64,000 nt of DNA from Candidatus Micrarchaeota archaeon (GTDB lineage: Archaea; Micrarchaeota; Micrarchaeia; Norongarragalinales; Norongarragalinaceae), in assembly GCA_016207165.1 (NCBI GenBank), contig JACQQD010000001.1, positions 96,001-160,000 of the forward strand, written 5' to 3'. Both the position numbers and the translations under genes were made by a program. The notes below the pieces were generated by a model, which saw only the letters and a program-made list of their open reading frames with translations, did no database searches and was not told the origin of the DNA. Numbering within the stretch: the stretch's first letter is position 1; every line of letters begins with the position of its first letter. This document shows, one piece after another, positions 47,508-57,013 of this stretch.

Positions 47508-48191
47508 TTAATTTTTGTGCGGTGGGCGTTTGCCTTCCAGCTTCAAAAACCATTTCTTGAAGGCGTCAAACCCATCGGCTTGCGCATGCACGCTGCGCGT
47601 CCCAAGCACCACGGCGTCCACGCCGAGTTGAGCGAGTTTCCGGATGTCGGCTTGGGTCGTCACGCCGAAGCCTGCGACGACCGGAATTTTTTTCGTGGCG
47701 CGGATGCGGTCCACCGTTTTTTTGATGGCGTCGCTTCGGTACATGGTTTGGCCGCGGCCGGGCGCGCATTGCAGGTAGACGAATGCTTGGGAGGCGGAAA
47801 CTCGTGCTTCCAGGTTTTTTTGTCCCGGCTGCACTTTCGCGGCAAAGCGCGTGCCTTTGACGGCGTTGAGGCGATGGAGGGTAGAGGGGGACGCGGGAAA
47901 AAGCGTGACGTCAAAGGTTTCGCGGATTTGTTGGAGGGTGCAGGCGTCGGGCTTTTTGGAAAGCATTAAAAAATTGGGGTGGATGTTTTGGAACGCTTCA
48001 AAGACGTCCGATGTCATGACGCCGTTTTCACGGGCGGCGCGGTGCACTTGCCTGACGATGCCTTTGGCGTGGGACGGGTTTTTGGGCAGAGTCGTTTCCA
48101 CCATGGCGCCCCGCGTTTTGAGAAACGCTAGCACAGAAAGCGAGTCTTCAAGCGTGGGATAACCCAGCATGACGAACGGCACGCGCTTCAT
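47508..48191 (-). CDS. Divergent tryptophan synthase alpha-like TIM barrel
   Basis: PFVMLGYP, FVY, PVVAGFGV and DAVVLGT. Confidence 0.65.
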   Translation of the reverse strand: MKRVPFVMLGYPTLEDSLSVLAFLKTRGAMVETTLPKNPSHAKGIVRQVHRAARENGVMTSDVFEAFQNIHPNFLMLSKKPDACTLQQIRETFDVTLFPASPSTLHRLNAVKGTRFAAKVQPGQKNLEARVSASQAFVYLQCAPGRGQTMYRSDAIKKTVDRIRATKKIPVVAGFGVTTQADIRKLAQLGVDAVVLGTRSVHAQADGFDAFKKWFLKLEGKRPPHKN

Positions 48192-48198
48192 GCGGTAC

Positions 48199-49110
48199 TC
48201 AGGGTCCGGGGGCTTTTATGGCTGGCGCCGTTTTCGGGACCGCGATCCAATACAATCCCGACAACACCAGGGCCATGCCGGCGAGGAAAAAGGCGGACAG
48301 TTGCTCGCCGAGAAACAAGGCCGAGTACGCGACGGCGAAAACCGGCAAGAGCAGCTTGAAACTGGAGGCCGTGACCACGCCCAACTGCTTGATGCCTTCA
48401 AACAAGAGGCTCCAACACACGCCGCTCACGACGAAGCCAATCCAAAAAAGCCCCGCCCAGTTGGCAATGGAAATGCCGGCGGCGTGTCGCCATTCACCCA
48501 ACGCCAGCCACGTGATGAAAAAACCGGCCAAGGCCGGCAGGATGCCCCAGAACTGGCCTTGCACGGCCCTGTATTTTTTCGCCAACGGCACGATGGCAAT
48601 GGCCGCGATGGCGATGCAGAATGCCCCTGCCAACAAGAGGAGGTTGCCGGCGAAGTACGCGGGGTCGGCGGCCCACGCCAGTTCGCCGTTGGTGACGACC
48701 AAAACGATGCCGAAAAACGCGAGGCTTAAGCCTGCGAGAGTGCGGGGCGTGAGGCGTTCGCGGAGGATGGCGGCGGCCAAAAGCGCGACGAACAGGGGGT
48801 TGGCGTTGACCAGCACCGCCGACGCGGAGGCGGTGGACAACTGCAACCCCGTGTTGTTCAGCCATACCGCGAGAAAGGCGCCAAACGCGGCGTTGATGAA
48901 AACGTACTTCCAGTCCTTTTTTTCGGGCCACGCGATTTGCTTTTGGTACGCCAAATAGGGCACGAAGAAGAAAAGCGCGAAAAACAAGCGGAAAAACGAG
49001 AGCGTCAGCGGTGAGACGTCGTTCAGGACGAGTTTGGCGATGGGGTGAAAGCTCGCCCAAACGGCCATGGCGATAAACAGGATGACCATCCAGCGGGTGC
49101 GGGAATCCAT
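48199..49110 (-). CDS. DMT/EamA family transporter
   Basis: About ten TM helices; ILRERL and LFLGE motifs. Confidence 0.88.
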   Translation of the reverse strand: MDSRTRWMVILFIAMAVWASFHPIAKLVLNDVSPLTLSFFRLFFALFFFVPYLAYQKQIAWPEKKDWKYVFINAAFGAFLAVWLNNTGLQLSTASASAVLVNANPLFVALLAAAILRERLTPRTLAGLSLAFFGIVLVVTNGELAWAADPAYFAGNLLLLAGAFCIAIAAIAIVPLAKKYRAVQGQFWGILPALAGFFITWLALGEWRHAAGISIANWAGLFWIGFVVSGVCWSLLFEGIKQLGVVTASSFKLLLPVFAVAYSALFLGEQLSAFFLAGMALVLSGLYWIAVPKTAPAIKAPGP

Positions 49111-49220
49111 GTCTGCGATTAGACGCTTGGCCGTCTTATCGCTTTGGGCTGCGTCGAATGATTTTTTTCCAACCACTGCTTTTTATTAATTCTCAATGCA
49201 CTGGAACTGTTGGTGATACG

Positions 49221-49499
49221 ATGTCTTATCGTCAGTTGGTCGGGATGATTCGGCGGCTTGAAACGGGTGAACACAAGTTGACCCCTAATGAGCGCAGGGC
49301 ACTTGACAATGCCCTTTCTGGCACATCATGTCAAATGAATACGTTGAACATGGGTGGCGGCATTGTGCGTGCTGTGGAACTACTTTTGGATCTCGCTGAG
49401 AGGTCCCGCTCGGAACCGAAGATAAAATTGAGTTTTAATCCGGATCATTTGGATTCTGCGTATTCAAAACTCTTGGCGGCTCATGAAAAGAGCAAGTAA
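49221..49499 (+). CDS. Hypothetical protein
   Basis: GGTGA RBS before the ATG; fills an intergenic gap. Confidence 0.55.
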   Translation: MSYRQLVGMIRRLETGEHKLTPNERRALDNALSGTSCQMNTLNMGGGIVRAVELLLDLAERSRSEPKIKLSFNPDHLDSAYSKLLAAHEKSK

Positions 49500-49520
49500 C
49501 GTTGGCGGTTTGGTTTCCGC

Positions 49521-50267
49521 TTACTCGTTTTCGACGCGGGGCGCCAGGTAGTACGTGAGTTGGGCGTCGCCGATGGGGTACGTGATTTTGATCGGTGCGT
49601 CGCTTTTGAGGTGGACGTTGACAGCCGCGTCGTCGGGGCAGCCTTTGGTGATGTTGTTCAAATAGTCAAACGGGTACATGGAGCGACTGGGCTTTTTCAC
49701 GTCCAGCGCCGCCAACGAATCGGAGTCCTTCATGGTCTCCGTCTTGACGTCGCCGGCGTCGCCTTTGGCCTCCAAATTGAACTGGTGCTCGGACACATCG
49801 AAAATCACGTGGCTGGACAAAAGTCCGGCGTCCTGGAGCATGGATTTGAGTGCTCCCCCTTGGATTTTGACTTGCGCGTCAAAAGGCACGTTGGGCTCCT
49901 TGGGCATGGCCGTGGAGGAATCCAGCAGCGGCATTTTGAACACTCTTTTTGATGATCCGGTGAACGTCAACTGTAGTTTGGCGTCTTTTTCGTCCAAGAC
50001 AATTTCCAGGCTTTCGCCGGCCCGGCTGCGCGAGAGGATTTTCGAAAAATCCACGAGGTTCAACGTGGCCGAAGATTTTTCGTCCACGTCCAGTTTGTCC
50101 AACGCCGTGGCGGGAAGCCGAAAGTCCACCATCGCGATCTGCGAGGGGTCCATGGTGCGCAGGTGCAATCCTTCCTTGGTGGCGACAAAGCTTCCTTCAT
50201 CCACCAAGCTTACGATGGCGTCCACGCAGGACTTGAAGAATTTGGCGTCCTTGACGGAAAAGCGCAT
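49521..50267 (-). CDS. pcn: DNA polymerase sliding clamp PCNA
   Basis: MDPSQIAMV and YYLAPRVE. Confidence 0.95.
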   Translation of the reverse strand: MRFSVKDAKFFKSCVDAIVSLVDEGSFVATKEGLHLRTMDPSQIAMVDFRLPATALDKLDVDEKSSATLNLVDFSKILSRSRAGESLEIVLDEKDAKLQLTFTGSSKRVFKMPLLDSSTAMPKEPNVPFDAQVKIQGGALKSMLQDAGLLSSHVIFDVSEHQFNLEAKGDAGDVKTETMKDSDSLAALDVKKPSRSMYPFDYLNNITKGCPDDAAVNVHLKSDAPIKITYPIGDAQLTYYLAPRVENE

Positions 50268-50325
50268 AGGCTCTCTTGTGTGAGTCGTCAAGCATATTAA
50301 GGTTTTTGTGGAATTGGCGGGGTTT

Positions 50326-51261
50326 TCACGCGGGCGGATGCAAAAACGAGTCGCAGCCCGCCGGCGTCTCGATCTGCAGAAACAAGAGCAGTTTGACGTA
50401 GCCGATGTACGGAATTTTGAATAAGACGTTTCCTTTTACAGGCACCTGGCTTTCGGACTGCCAGACGAATCCATTCTTCCAAGAAAGAATGCCCAGCAGG
50501 GGTAGGTTCAAAAGCACGCGGTCAGCCGTCTTGGCGGGGATGAGTTTGAACCCGCTTTGCTGGTCCAAAAACGGATTGTTGTCGCCTTTCGTCAAATAGT
50601 ATGTTCCGTCCGTGGCCTCCAGCACGGCAAAGAGGCGGTGGACGATGAGGCCCGCCGATGTGTTCGAGTCAAACACCGAAATGGAGCTGGATTCAAGCAC
50701 GGAAATTTTTTGGCCTTGAAGCGTGACGCCGGAAAGGCAAACCGTGGTGCGGTTGCCGTCCGCGCTTTGCCTCTGGCACGTGGAAATGACGGGTTCAAAG
50801 AGGGGTTGCCCGTTGACGTGGGGCTGAAGCACGCGGGCCACGGTTTGGCCTTGGAGTTGGATTTCGGCGGGCGCGTATTGCGTCTCGTCTAGGGCAAAGG
50901 GCACCGAGACGTTGGGGGCGTCGGGTTTTCCGCCGTAAAGGAAAATCAAGTCGCCGCGCTCGTACCCCGGCAGCATGCTGCACGACGTAATGATGTTGAT
51001 GGGGCTGGCGGTGTTCAATAGGAAACTCAACAAAAGCCACGCGCTCAGCGCGATGCCGGCGCTGGCCGCCAATTCCTTCCAGTTCTGCGTGTACTGGAAC
51101 TCCACGTAAAGAACTCCGGCAAGAAACGCCAACGCCACCAGCGCCAAGACGGGGTGCTGGGTGAGGGCGAACAGGACGACCGAGAGAAGGAGTCCGAATA
51201 ACAGGAGGTACTGCGCATTTTTGGAGAGTTTAGGCTTTGCGGAGGGCTTCTTCGAAGGCAT
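50326..51261 (-). CDS. Signal peptidase I (S26, Sec11-type)
   Basis: SCSMLP...RGDL, IVHR, TKGDNN and IPYIG. Confidence 0.85.
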   Translation of the reverse strand: MPSKKPSAKPKLSKNAQYLLLFGLLLSVVLFALTQHPVLALVALAFLAGVLYVEFQYTQNWKELAASAGIALSAWLLLSFLLNTASPINIITSCSMLPGYERGDLIFLYGGKPDAPNVSVPFALDETQYAPAEIQLQGQTVARVLQPHVNGQPLFEPVISTCQRQSADGNRTTVCLSGVTLQGQKISVLESSSISVFDSNTSAGLIVHRLFAVLEATDGTYYLTKGDNNPFLDQQSGFKLIPAKTADRVLLNLPLLGILSWKNGFVWQSESQVPVKGNVLFKIPYIGYVKLLLFLQIETPAGCDSFLHPPA

Positions 51262-51487
51262 GGCCTTCCTCCTTGACGGCTTTCACGGCGTTAGCGACTT
51301 CCTTCTTGAGGTTCTTGCCCTTGACGTGCAGGATGGGGTTTCGTTTGGTGGGGTGGTCGTACACGGCCGAGGCAAACGTCACATCCTTGTTTTCCAATAG
51401 TTTTTCCGCCAGGGCTTGGGCCACGCCCATGTCGACGCCTTCCAGCAACAGTTTGAGGCTTCCTCGGTCTTCTTCCAAGATTTTCAT
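51230..51487 (-). CDS. rpoL: RNA polymerase subunit L (Rpo11)
   Basis: VTFASAVYDHP motif, size and csl4 neighbourhood. Confidence 0.8.
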   Translation of the reverse strand: MKILEEDRGSLKLLLEGVDMGVAQALAEKLLENKDVTFASAVYDHPTKRNPILHVKGKNLKKEVANAVKAVKEEGHAFEEALRKA

Positions 51488-51496
51488 GTGGTTTGC

Positions 51497-52033
51497 TTAC
51501 CTCGAATTGGTTTTTAGAGCGATTTTGCGTTGTTGGCGTCGGCCGCAGTTCTTGCACGTCAGGTCGCGTTTGGTTACCGGCAATTCGTGGCGGCACGAGG
51601 CGCAGAACGCTCGGACGACGCCCAAGTCGGCGTCGGCCATGGTCAAATAGATGCCCAAGGGCTTCACTTCGTGCACGCGGGCACGGACAAAATCGCCGAT
51701 GCGGAACACGTCGCGGAAGTGCTCGGTGAATCCGCGCTGGACATGCGCGATGCGCATGTACGCGTACGTGTTGGTGGCGGCCCGGTAGGGCACGGACTGG
51801 AATTCAAGCAGGGCCACTTGGTCGTAGACGTTCCGCACGATGGAGTACACCAAGTCGCCGCGGGCCAACGCCCGAACGGCTTTTTGGTTTTCGACTTTCG
51901 CCACCGCGTTCTCCATTTTGGCGGTTCCCGGAATGCTGGCGTAGACGATGCCTTCTTCCTCGAAAGCGCCAAAACCCGGCTGGAATTCCTCGACGATGGC
52001 CAACTGGTCTCCTGGAATGCTCAAGTCAATCAC
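51497..52033 (-). CDS. csl4: Exosome RNA-binding protein Csl4
   Basis: IPGDQL..EEF, S1 domain (IGDFVRARV) and LGVVRAFC..C...C..C zinc ribbon. Confidence 0.9.
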   Translation of the reverse strand: MIDLSIPGDQLAIVEEFQPGFGAFEEEGIVYASIPGTAKMENAVAKVENQKAVRALARGDLVYSIVRNVYDQVALLEFQSVPYRAATNTYAYMRIAHVQRGFTEHFRDVFRIGDFVRARVHEVKPLGIYLTMADADLGVVRAFCASCRHELPVTKRDLTCKNCGRRQQRKIALKTNSR

Positions 52034-52395
52034 TGGTTCTGCAGGGCCATGAGGTTCTTCATGAGCGCGTCCGCGGTTTCCACGTTCTTTTTCACGGCCG
52101 AAGCGGCCTGGTCCGGTTTTTTTTCGACGGCCTGCACCGTGGCCTGGGTTTGCTTTTGGAATTTTTCGTTTTGTTCCGCGATTTTGTCGGCGTGCTCTTC
52201 CGACAATTCGCCGTGCACGTCTTGCACGATGGAATGCGTTTCGCGGGCGATGTGCTCCACGATGCTTTTCGTGATGTCCGCGTGGTCGGCTTTTTGGTCT
52301 TTGACGGCGTCTTTGAGTACGGCGACCAACTCGTTTAAACCCATTAGGCGGCCTTCGATATACGCCTCTTTAGGGGTCGTGGATTTGGGTTCCAT
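52030..52395 (-). CDS. Hypothetical helical protein
   Basis: 121-aa ORF coupled to csl4. Confidence 0.65.
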   Translation of the reverse strand: MEPKSTTPKEAYIEGRLMGLNELVAVLKDAVKDQKADHADITKSIVEHIARETHSIVQDVHGELSEEHADKIAEQNEKFQKQTQATVQAVEKKPDQAASAVKKNVETADALMKNLMALQNQ

Positions 52396-52436
52396 GGATG
52401 TAACGTTTGGGTTTTCAACGGTATAAAAAGCTTGTA

Positions 52437-53396
52437 CTAGGCCGCGTTGGCGTCGTCCTTGTAGGCTTTGACCAATTCCTTGGCCAGCTTCTTTTCGTCC
52501 ACGCCCCGGTTTTTCAGGCTCCGGGTGATGCCTTGGGCCAAGTCCGAGAGCTCCACGGGCAGAATGATTTTGGAGCTTCGGCCGTCCGCCACGCGCTTGA
52601 GCGTGTCCAAATAAAGGTAGGCAATGGTTTTTTCGTCCATGTCCTGCGTGGCTTCGTTCAGGATGCGCACGGCTTCGCGGCGGGCCGCGGCCTCGATTTC
52701 GATTTTCTCCTTGTATTGCTTGGCTTCTTCCCGGCGGCGAAACGCATCTTCCAGTCCTTGCGGCAATTCAATGTCGGTAATTTCCACGTTGATGGCCTTG
52801 ATGCCCCAGTCGTCTTCCACCTGCTTGAGGGCCAGATAGAGTTTCGCGTTGAGTTCATCCATGTTCTCCAAGACATCCTGCATGGGCAAGCGGCCGATTT
52901 GCGACCGCAATTCGCCGTGCAAAAGATGGGAAACGGCGTTCGTGATGTCTTTGACTTCAATGACGGCCTTTTTGGCGTCGACGATGCGGATGTACGCAAT
53001 GGCGTCGATGCGAAGCCGAATGTCTTCCTTGGTAATGACGTCCTGGGGATCCACGTCCAGCGTCTGGGTGCGCATGTCCACGACTTCCACGGTCTGAAAT
53101 GCCGGGAACAAGACGTGCCATCCGGGCTGGGCCACGTACTGGAACCGGCCAAGCCTAAAAATCACGCCCCGCTCGTACTCCTTGAATTCGTAAAGCCGGG
53201 GTGCCAACGCGGCTAAAAGAGCGATGAGGGCCAAGGCAAAGACGGCCAGTGCGGGCGGGAGGTTGAAGACGAAAATCATGCCCAGCGGAATGGCCAGGGC
53301 CGCGGCCAAAAGCAAGACGAAGATGACCGGCTCACGCTTGGGCACGTCCTGCCCATGGCCCTTGGTTCCGCCTCCTCCGCGACCGTGATCCGCCAT
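52437..53396 (-). CDS. SPFH/band 7 protein
   Basis: EYERGVIFRLG, VDMRTQT, QDVITKE and DWGIK. Confidence 0.9.
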   Translation of the reverse strand: MADHGRGGGGTKGHGQDVPKREPVIFVLLLAAALAIPLGMIFVFNLPPALAVFALALIALLAALAPRLYEFKEYERGVIFRLGRFQYVAQPGWHVLFPAFQTVEVVDMRTQTLDVDPQDVITKEDIRLRIDAIAYIRIVDAKKAVIEVKDITNAVSHLLHGELRSQIGRLPMQDVLENMDELNAKLYLALKQVEDDWGIKAINVEITDIELPQGLEDAFRRREEAKQYKEKIEIEAAARREAVRILNEATQDMDEKTIAYLYLDTLKRVADGRSSKIILPVELSDLAQGITRSLKNRGVDEKKLAKELVKAYKDDANAA

Positions 53397-53535
53397 ATGT
53401 TATTACTACTCTTAAGTAGCATCTTTAAAAGCTTTGGGTTTTGGCTTTCAAAGCCTTTTTATTGGCCCGTGCGCCTAGTTCGTTTCCGAATGCCTTTGGA
53501 GCTAAACGCCACCGAAGGCCATGCGTGATTTAAAC

Positions 53536-54681
53536 ATGCGAGCAATCATTTTGGCGGGCGGGTATGGAAAACGCTTGGCCCCATTGACGTTGCGCTTGCC
53601 CAAGGCCTTGGTGGCGGTAGCTGGGGAACCCATCATTTCCCATTTGTTGCACCTGATTTCCGAGGCTCATATCACCCGGGCCGTCATTTCCTTGAACAAG
53701 AACCAAAAACAAATCGAGGAATTCTTTGGAGACGGCTCGGATTTCGGCGTTTCCGTGGAGTACCACTACGAGCACTCGGAAAGCGATTTGGACAAGCCCG
53801 GCGCCGTGGGGGCGCTCTCGGAACTGGTTTCCGAATTGGGGCCGGAGGAGAGCTTCGTCATCGGCGGCGACAACATCGTCTACGGATTGGACTTGGACAA
53901 GATGCTGGCGTTTCACAAGTCCAGCCGCGCCGCGGCCACGTTGGCGCTGTACGAATTGTCCAACCCGCGCCTGGTGGAATTGTACGGCGTGTGCAAGACG
54001 GAGCCGGACGGCCGCATCGCCGCCTTCCAGGAAAAGCCTTCGGCCAAAGACGCCGTTTCCAGGCTGGCGTCCACCGCCGTGTACGTCATGGGCGAATCGT
54101 TTCTGCGCGAGAAGCTGCCGGCCTACGTCCAGGAAAAAAAAGGCGAGGCCGACCGTATCGGGGATTTGTGGCTCCATTACTTGGATTCCGAGGACTTGTA
54201 CGGTTTTGCGTTTTCCGGGGTTTGGGGCGACGCGAACTCGCCGGAAAGCTATTTGGAAACCCATCAGCGCGTCATGCAATACCAAGGCGAACGCGTGGAT
54301 GTCGACGAATCCGCTTCCGTGTCACCGGACGCGCAACTGGTCTCGCCGGTGGTCATCGGGCCGGATTGCGTCGTTGAAGCCGGGGCGGTGGTCGGTCCGT
54401 TCACGACGCTGGGAGCCCGCGTCTGTCTTGGCAAAGGGGCCATCGTCGCCAAAAGCATTCTCTACGACGGCGTGTCGTTGGGCCAAAAAACCCATGTGGA
54501 CGCGTCGGTTTTGGATCAAGGCGTGCGATTGGAGGACGAGGCCCGCGTGGAAAAGCATGCGGTGCTGGGTGAACGGGTGCGTTTGGAGAAAGCCGCGCGC
54601 GTCCTGATGGGCTCGCGCATTTGGCCGAAAATGAATTTGGATGCCCAATCGGTGGTCCGCGGATGCCTGTCGTACGACTGA
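53536..54681 (+). CDS. NDP-sugar synthase (mannose-1-phosphate guanylyltransferase-like)
   Basis: ILAGGYGKRL..LT...PK, FQEKP and hexapeptide repeats. Confidence 0.88.
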   Translation: MRAIILAGGYGKRLAPLTLRLPKALVAVAGEPIISHLLHLISEAHITRAVISLNKNQKQIEEFFGDGSDFGVSVEYHYEHSESDLDKPGAVGALSELVSELGPEESFVIGGDNIVYGLDLDKMLAFHKSSRAAATLALYELSNPRLVELYGVCKTEPDGRIAAFQEKPSAKDAVSRLASTAVYVMGESFLREKLPAYVQEKKGEADRIGDLWLHYLDSEDLYGFAFSGVWGDANSPESYLETHQRVMQYQGERVDVDESASVSPDAQLVSPVVIGPDCVVEAGAVVGPFTTLGARVCLGKGAIVAKSILYDGVSLGQKTHVDASVLDQGVRLEDEARVEKHAVLGERVRLEKAARVLMGSRIWPKMNLDAQSVVRGCLSYD

Positions 54682-56036
54682 ACCCGGACATGTTCCGCGC
54701 GTACGACATCCGAGGCATCGTCGGAGAGGACCTCAACGACGCCGTCTTTGAACGCCTGGGCCAGGCCTTCGGGCAATACCTGCGCGAACGCTCTGGAAAC
54801 AAGCCGTCGTGTGCCGTCGGCGGCGACAACCGCGAATCGTCGGCTTCCTATTTGAGCGCCTTCACCACGGGCTTGCTTTCCGTGGGCTGCGACGTGATGC
54901 ACGTCGGCGAGATCACGACTCCCGGCCTTTACTTTGCCAATTCCTTTTTGAAAACCACCGGCGCGGCCGCGGTGACGGCGTCGCACAACCCGCCGAAGTA
55001 CAACGGCGTGAAGTTCATTTTCCAAGGAAAAAGCGCGGGCGGAGCCGAGGTCCAGCGCGTGCGCGAACTGGCCGAGAAAAACTCGTTTTCAAAAGGGCAA
55101 GCCACCCTCTCCAAAAAGGACGTCACGCCGGCTTATTTGGAGGCCTTGTCGGAAAATGCCGAGCCCCTCAAACTCAAGGTGGTGGCGGACTGCGGCAACG
55201 GCGTGGCCTCCGATTTCGCTGTTTCCTACTTGAAGTCGCTGGGTTGCGACGTGGTGCCGCTTCACTGCGATTCCTCCAAGCCTTTTTCCGTGCACGTGCC
55301 GGACCCCGTGGACCCCGACAACTACGTGGATTTGGCGGCCGCCGTCCGCAAGCACGAGGCCGACGTGGGCTTGTTGTTTGACGGCGACGGCGACCGCGTG
55401 GGCGCCGTGGACGAGTTCGGTGGCATCGTGTCACCCGACAAGATGTTGATCTTGTTCGCGCGCAAGTTCCTCAAGGAAAACCCCGGCGAAAAAGTCGTCA
55501 TTGAAATCAAGTGTTCGCAGGCCGTTCAGGACGAAGTCGAGAAGCTCGGCGGAACGGCGGTGTGGGCGCCCACAGGCAGAACGGTGATTGAAGACGTTTT
55601 GTTCAAGGAACACGCGAAGCTGGCTGGGGAAATGTCGGGCCACTTTTTCTTTTTGAACGGCCGGGCGTGGCTTTCCGAATCGCTGTACGCGGCACGGCAG
55701 TTGCTTGAAATCATCGCTGAAAACGGTTCGCTTTCCAAGCAGGTCGCTTCCATGCCGAAGTACGTGTCGTCCCGCGAGTACCGAGTGGACGTCACTGACG
55801 GGGAAAAATTCCGAATCGTTTCGAAACTGTCCAGCCAATTCAAGAAGACGCACCGCGTTTTGGAACTGGATGGCGCCAAGGTGTTGTTTGACGATGGTTG
55901 GGGCTTGGTTCGAGCGTCCAATTCCGAAGCCAAGGTGTCCCTCCGGTTTGAATCCAAAACGCGGAAGGGCTTGGCGGCGATTGAGTCCGCTTTCAAGGAA
56001 AAACTCTTGGCCGCAGGCGTGTCCGTGCCGTTTTAG
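54663..56036 (+). CDS. Phosphomannomutase/phosphoglucomutase
   Basis: FRAYDIRG, TASHNP, DGDGDR and GEMSGH. Confidence 0.93.
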   Translation: MPVVRLNPDMFRAYDIRGIVGEDLNDAVFERLGQAFGQYLRERSGNKPSCAVGGDNRESSASYLSAFTTGLLSVGCDVMHVGEITTPGLYFANSFLKTTGAAAVTASHNPPKYNGVKFIFQGKSAGGAEVQRVRELAEKNSFSKGQATLSKKDVTPAYLEALSENAEPLKLKVVADCGNGVASDFAVSYLKSLGCDVVPLHCDSSKPFSVHVPDPVDPDNYVDLAAAVRKHEADVGLLFDGDGDRVGAVDEFGGIVSPDKMLILFARKFLKENPGEKVVIEIKCSQAVQDEVEKLGGTAVWAPTGRTVIEDVLFKEHAKLAGEMSGHFFFLNGRAWLSESLYAARQLLEIIAENGSLSKQVASMPKYVSSREYRVDVTDGEKFRIVSKLSSQFKKTHRVLELDGAKVLFDDGWGLVRASNSEAKVSLRFESKTRKGLAAIESAFKEKLLAAGVSVPF

Positions 56037-56425
56037 AGTCTCAATTCTTCCGGACGAATGATTTGGATTCCGCGAAATTCCTTGAGTTTCAGCAAGTGCC
56101 GATCGTACGTGAGGATATGGGTCGCATGGCCGTCTACCGCACACGCCAGTACCTTGTCGTCTTCGGGGTCATCTTTCACGGCGTGTATGACCGTCGTTAC
56201 TGCAACTATGTTTGTCAGCGCGGTGACTCTTGACGTGGCGTCTTGCACTTCTCTGGTCTGGTACTCGAAGTCCCTATGCAAGACGGATTGAAGTTCTTCA
56301 AGGATTTCTTTTGAAACCAACAGGGTTGCATGTGTCTTGTGCAACGCGCGGATTTTTTTGTCCGCCTCGCTACCGTCCCACTGGGTGGCAGAAACTAAAA
56401 TGTTCGTATCCAGCACCACCCGCAT
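56033..56425 (-). CDS. vapC: PIN-domain toxin
   Basis: VVLDTNILVS, DPEDDKVLACA and TYDRHLL. Confidence 0.9.
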   Translation of the reverse strand: MRVVLDTNILVSATQWDGSEADKKIRALHKTHATLLVSKEILEELQSVLHRDFEYQTREVQDATSRVTALTNIVAVTTVIHAVKDDPEDDKVLACAVDGHATHILTYDRHLLKLKEFRGIQIIRPEELRL

Positions 56426-56428
56426 GTT

Positions 56429-56704
56429 TCAGAAACGCCTTTTCCGATGCTTTTCAATGAGGTCCGGAATATCCCTTTCAGTCAATCCCTTCTTTTGTAG
56501 CCGTTTCTTGCCTTCTTTTCCCATGGTTTCCCAATCCTTCCAAAACTGTTCTTCCGTCGGCGGAAGCATGCGTTTAAGTACAATCGTGTCGCCGCGGACC
56601 GCCAAGGCAAACGCCGTGCCCTCTTCAATGCCCATTTCGTCCCGCGTTTCTTTAGGAATCACGAGCTGTCCCTTGCTGGATACTTTTACGATTTCAACGT
56701 GCAT
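56429..56704 (-). CDS. AbrB/MazE-type antitoxin
   Basis: KVSSKGQLVIPKETR; directly upstream of the PIN gene. Confidence 0.88.
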   Translation of the reverse strand: MHVEIVKVSSKGQLVIPKETRDEMGIEEGTAFALAVRGDTIVLKRMLPPTEEQFWKDWETMGKEGKKRLQKKGLTERDIPDLIEKHRKRRF

Positions 56705-56883
56705 GGCCTTCTCCTCCACGGTCCAAAAATCCATAAATCTTACTTTTGGATTCGGCCTATTAATGCTTTTCGGAATTCGCGGCAAACCTGACCCGCACTT
56801 GAAACCCCTTAAAAACGTCTTTGGACACAAGAATTTTCCTGATTCGCCCAGTTTCTGTTTATTCAGTTACTGGCAATCAAGAC

Positions 56884-57013
56884 GCCGAGGTAGCTCAGCC
56901 TGGCTAGAGCGCTAGACTCATATGCCCGTTTCCTTGTTTAGGGAGCGGTGGAATTCTATGCCGGTGGTTGCTGGGCCATCTAGAAGTCGAGGGTTCAAAT
57001 CCCTCCCTCGGCA
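56884..57013 (+). tRNA. tRNA-Met(CAT), elongator-type, with 55-nt intron at 37/38 (56923-56977)
   Basis: GCCGAGG/CCTCGGC acceptor, CTAGA/TCTAG anticodon stem; BHB with CTCA/TGGG helix and TA^T and CC^A bulges. Confidence 0.92.

Noticed and set aside
53471-53519. Possible pseudoknot upstream of the NDP-sugar synthase
   Set aside because: The first stem probably lies upstream of the transcription start implied by the nearby TATA-like element, leaving a simple hairpin.
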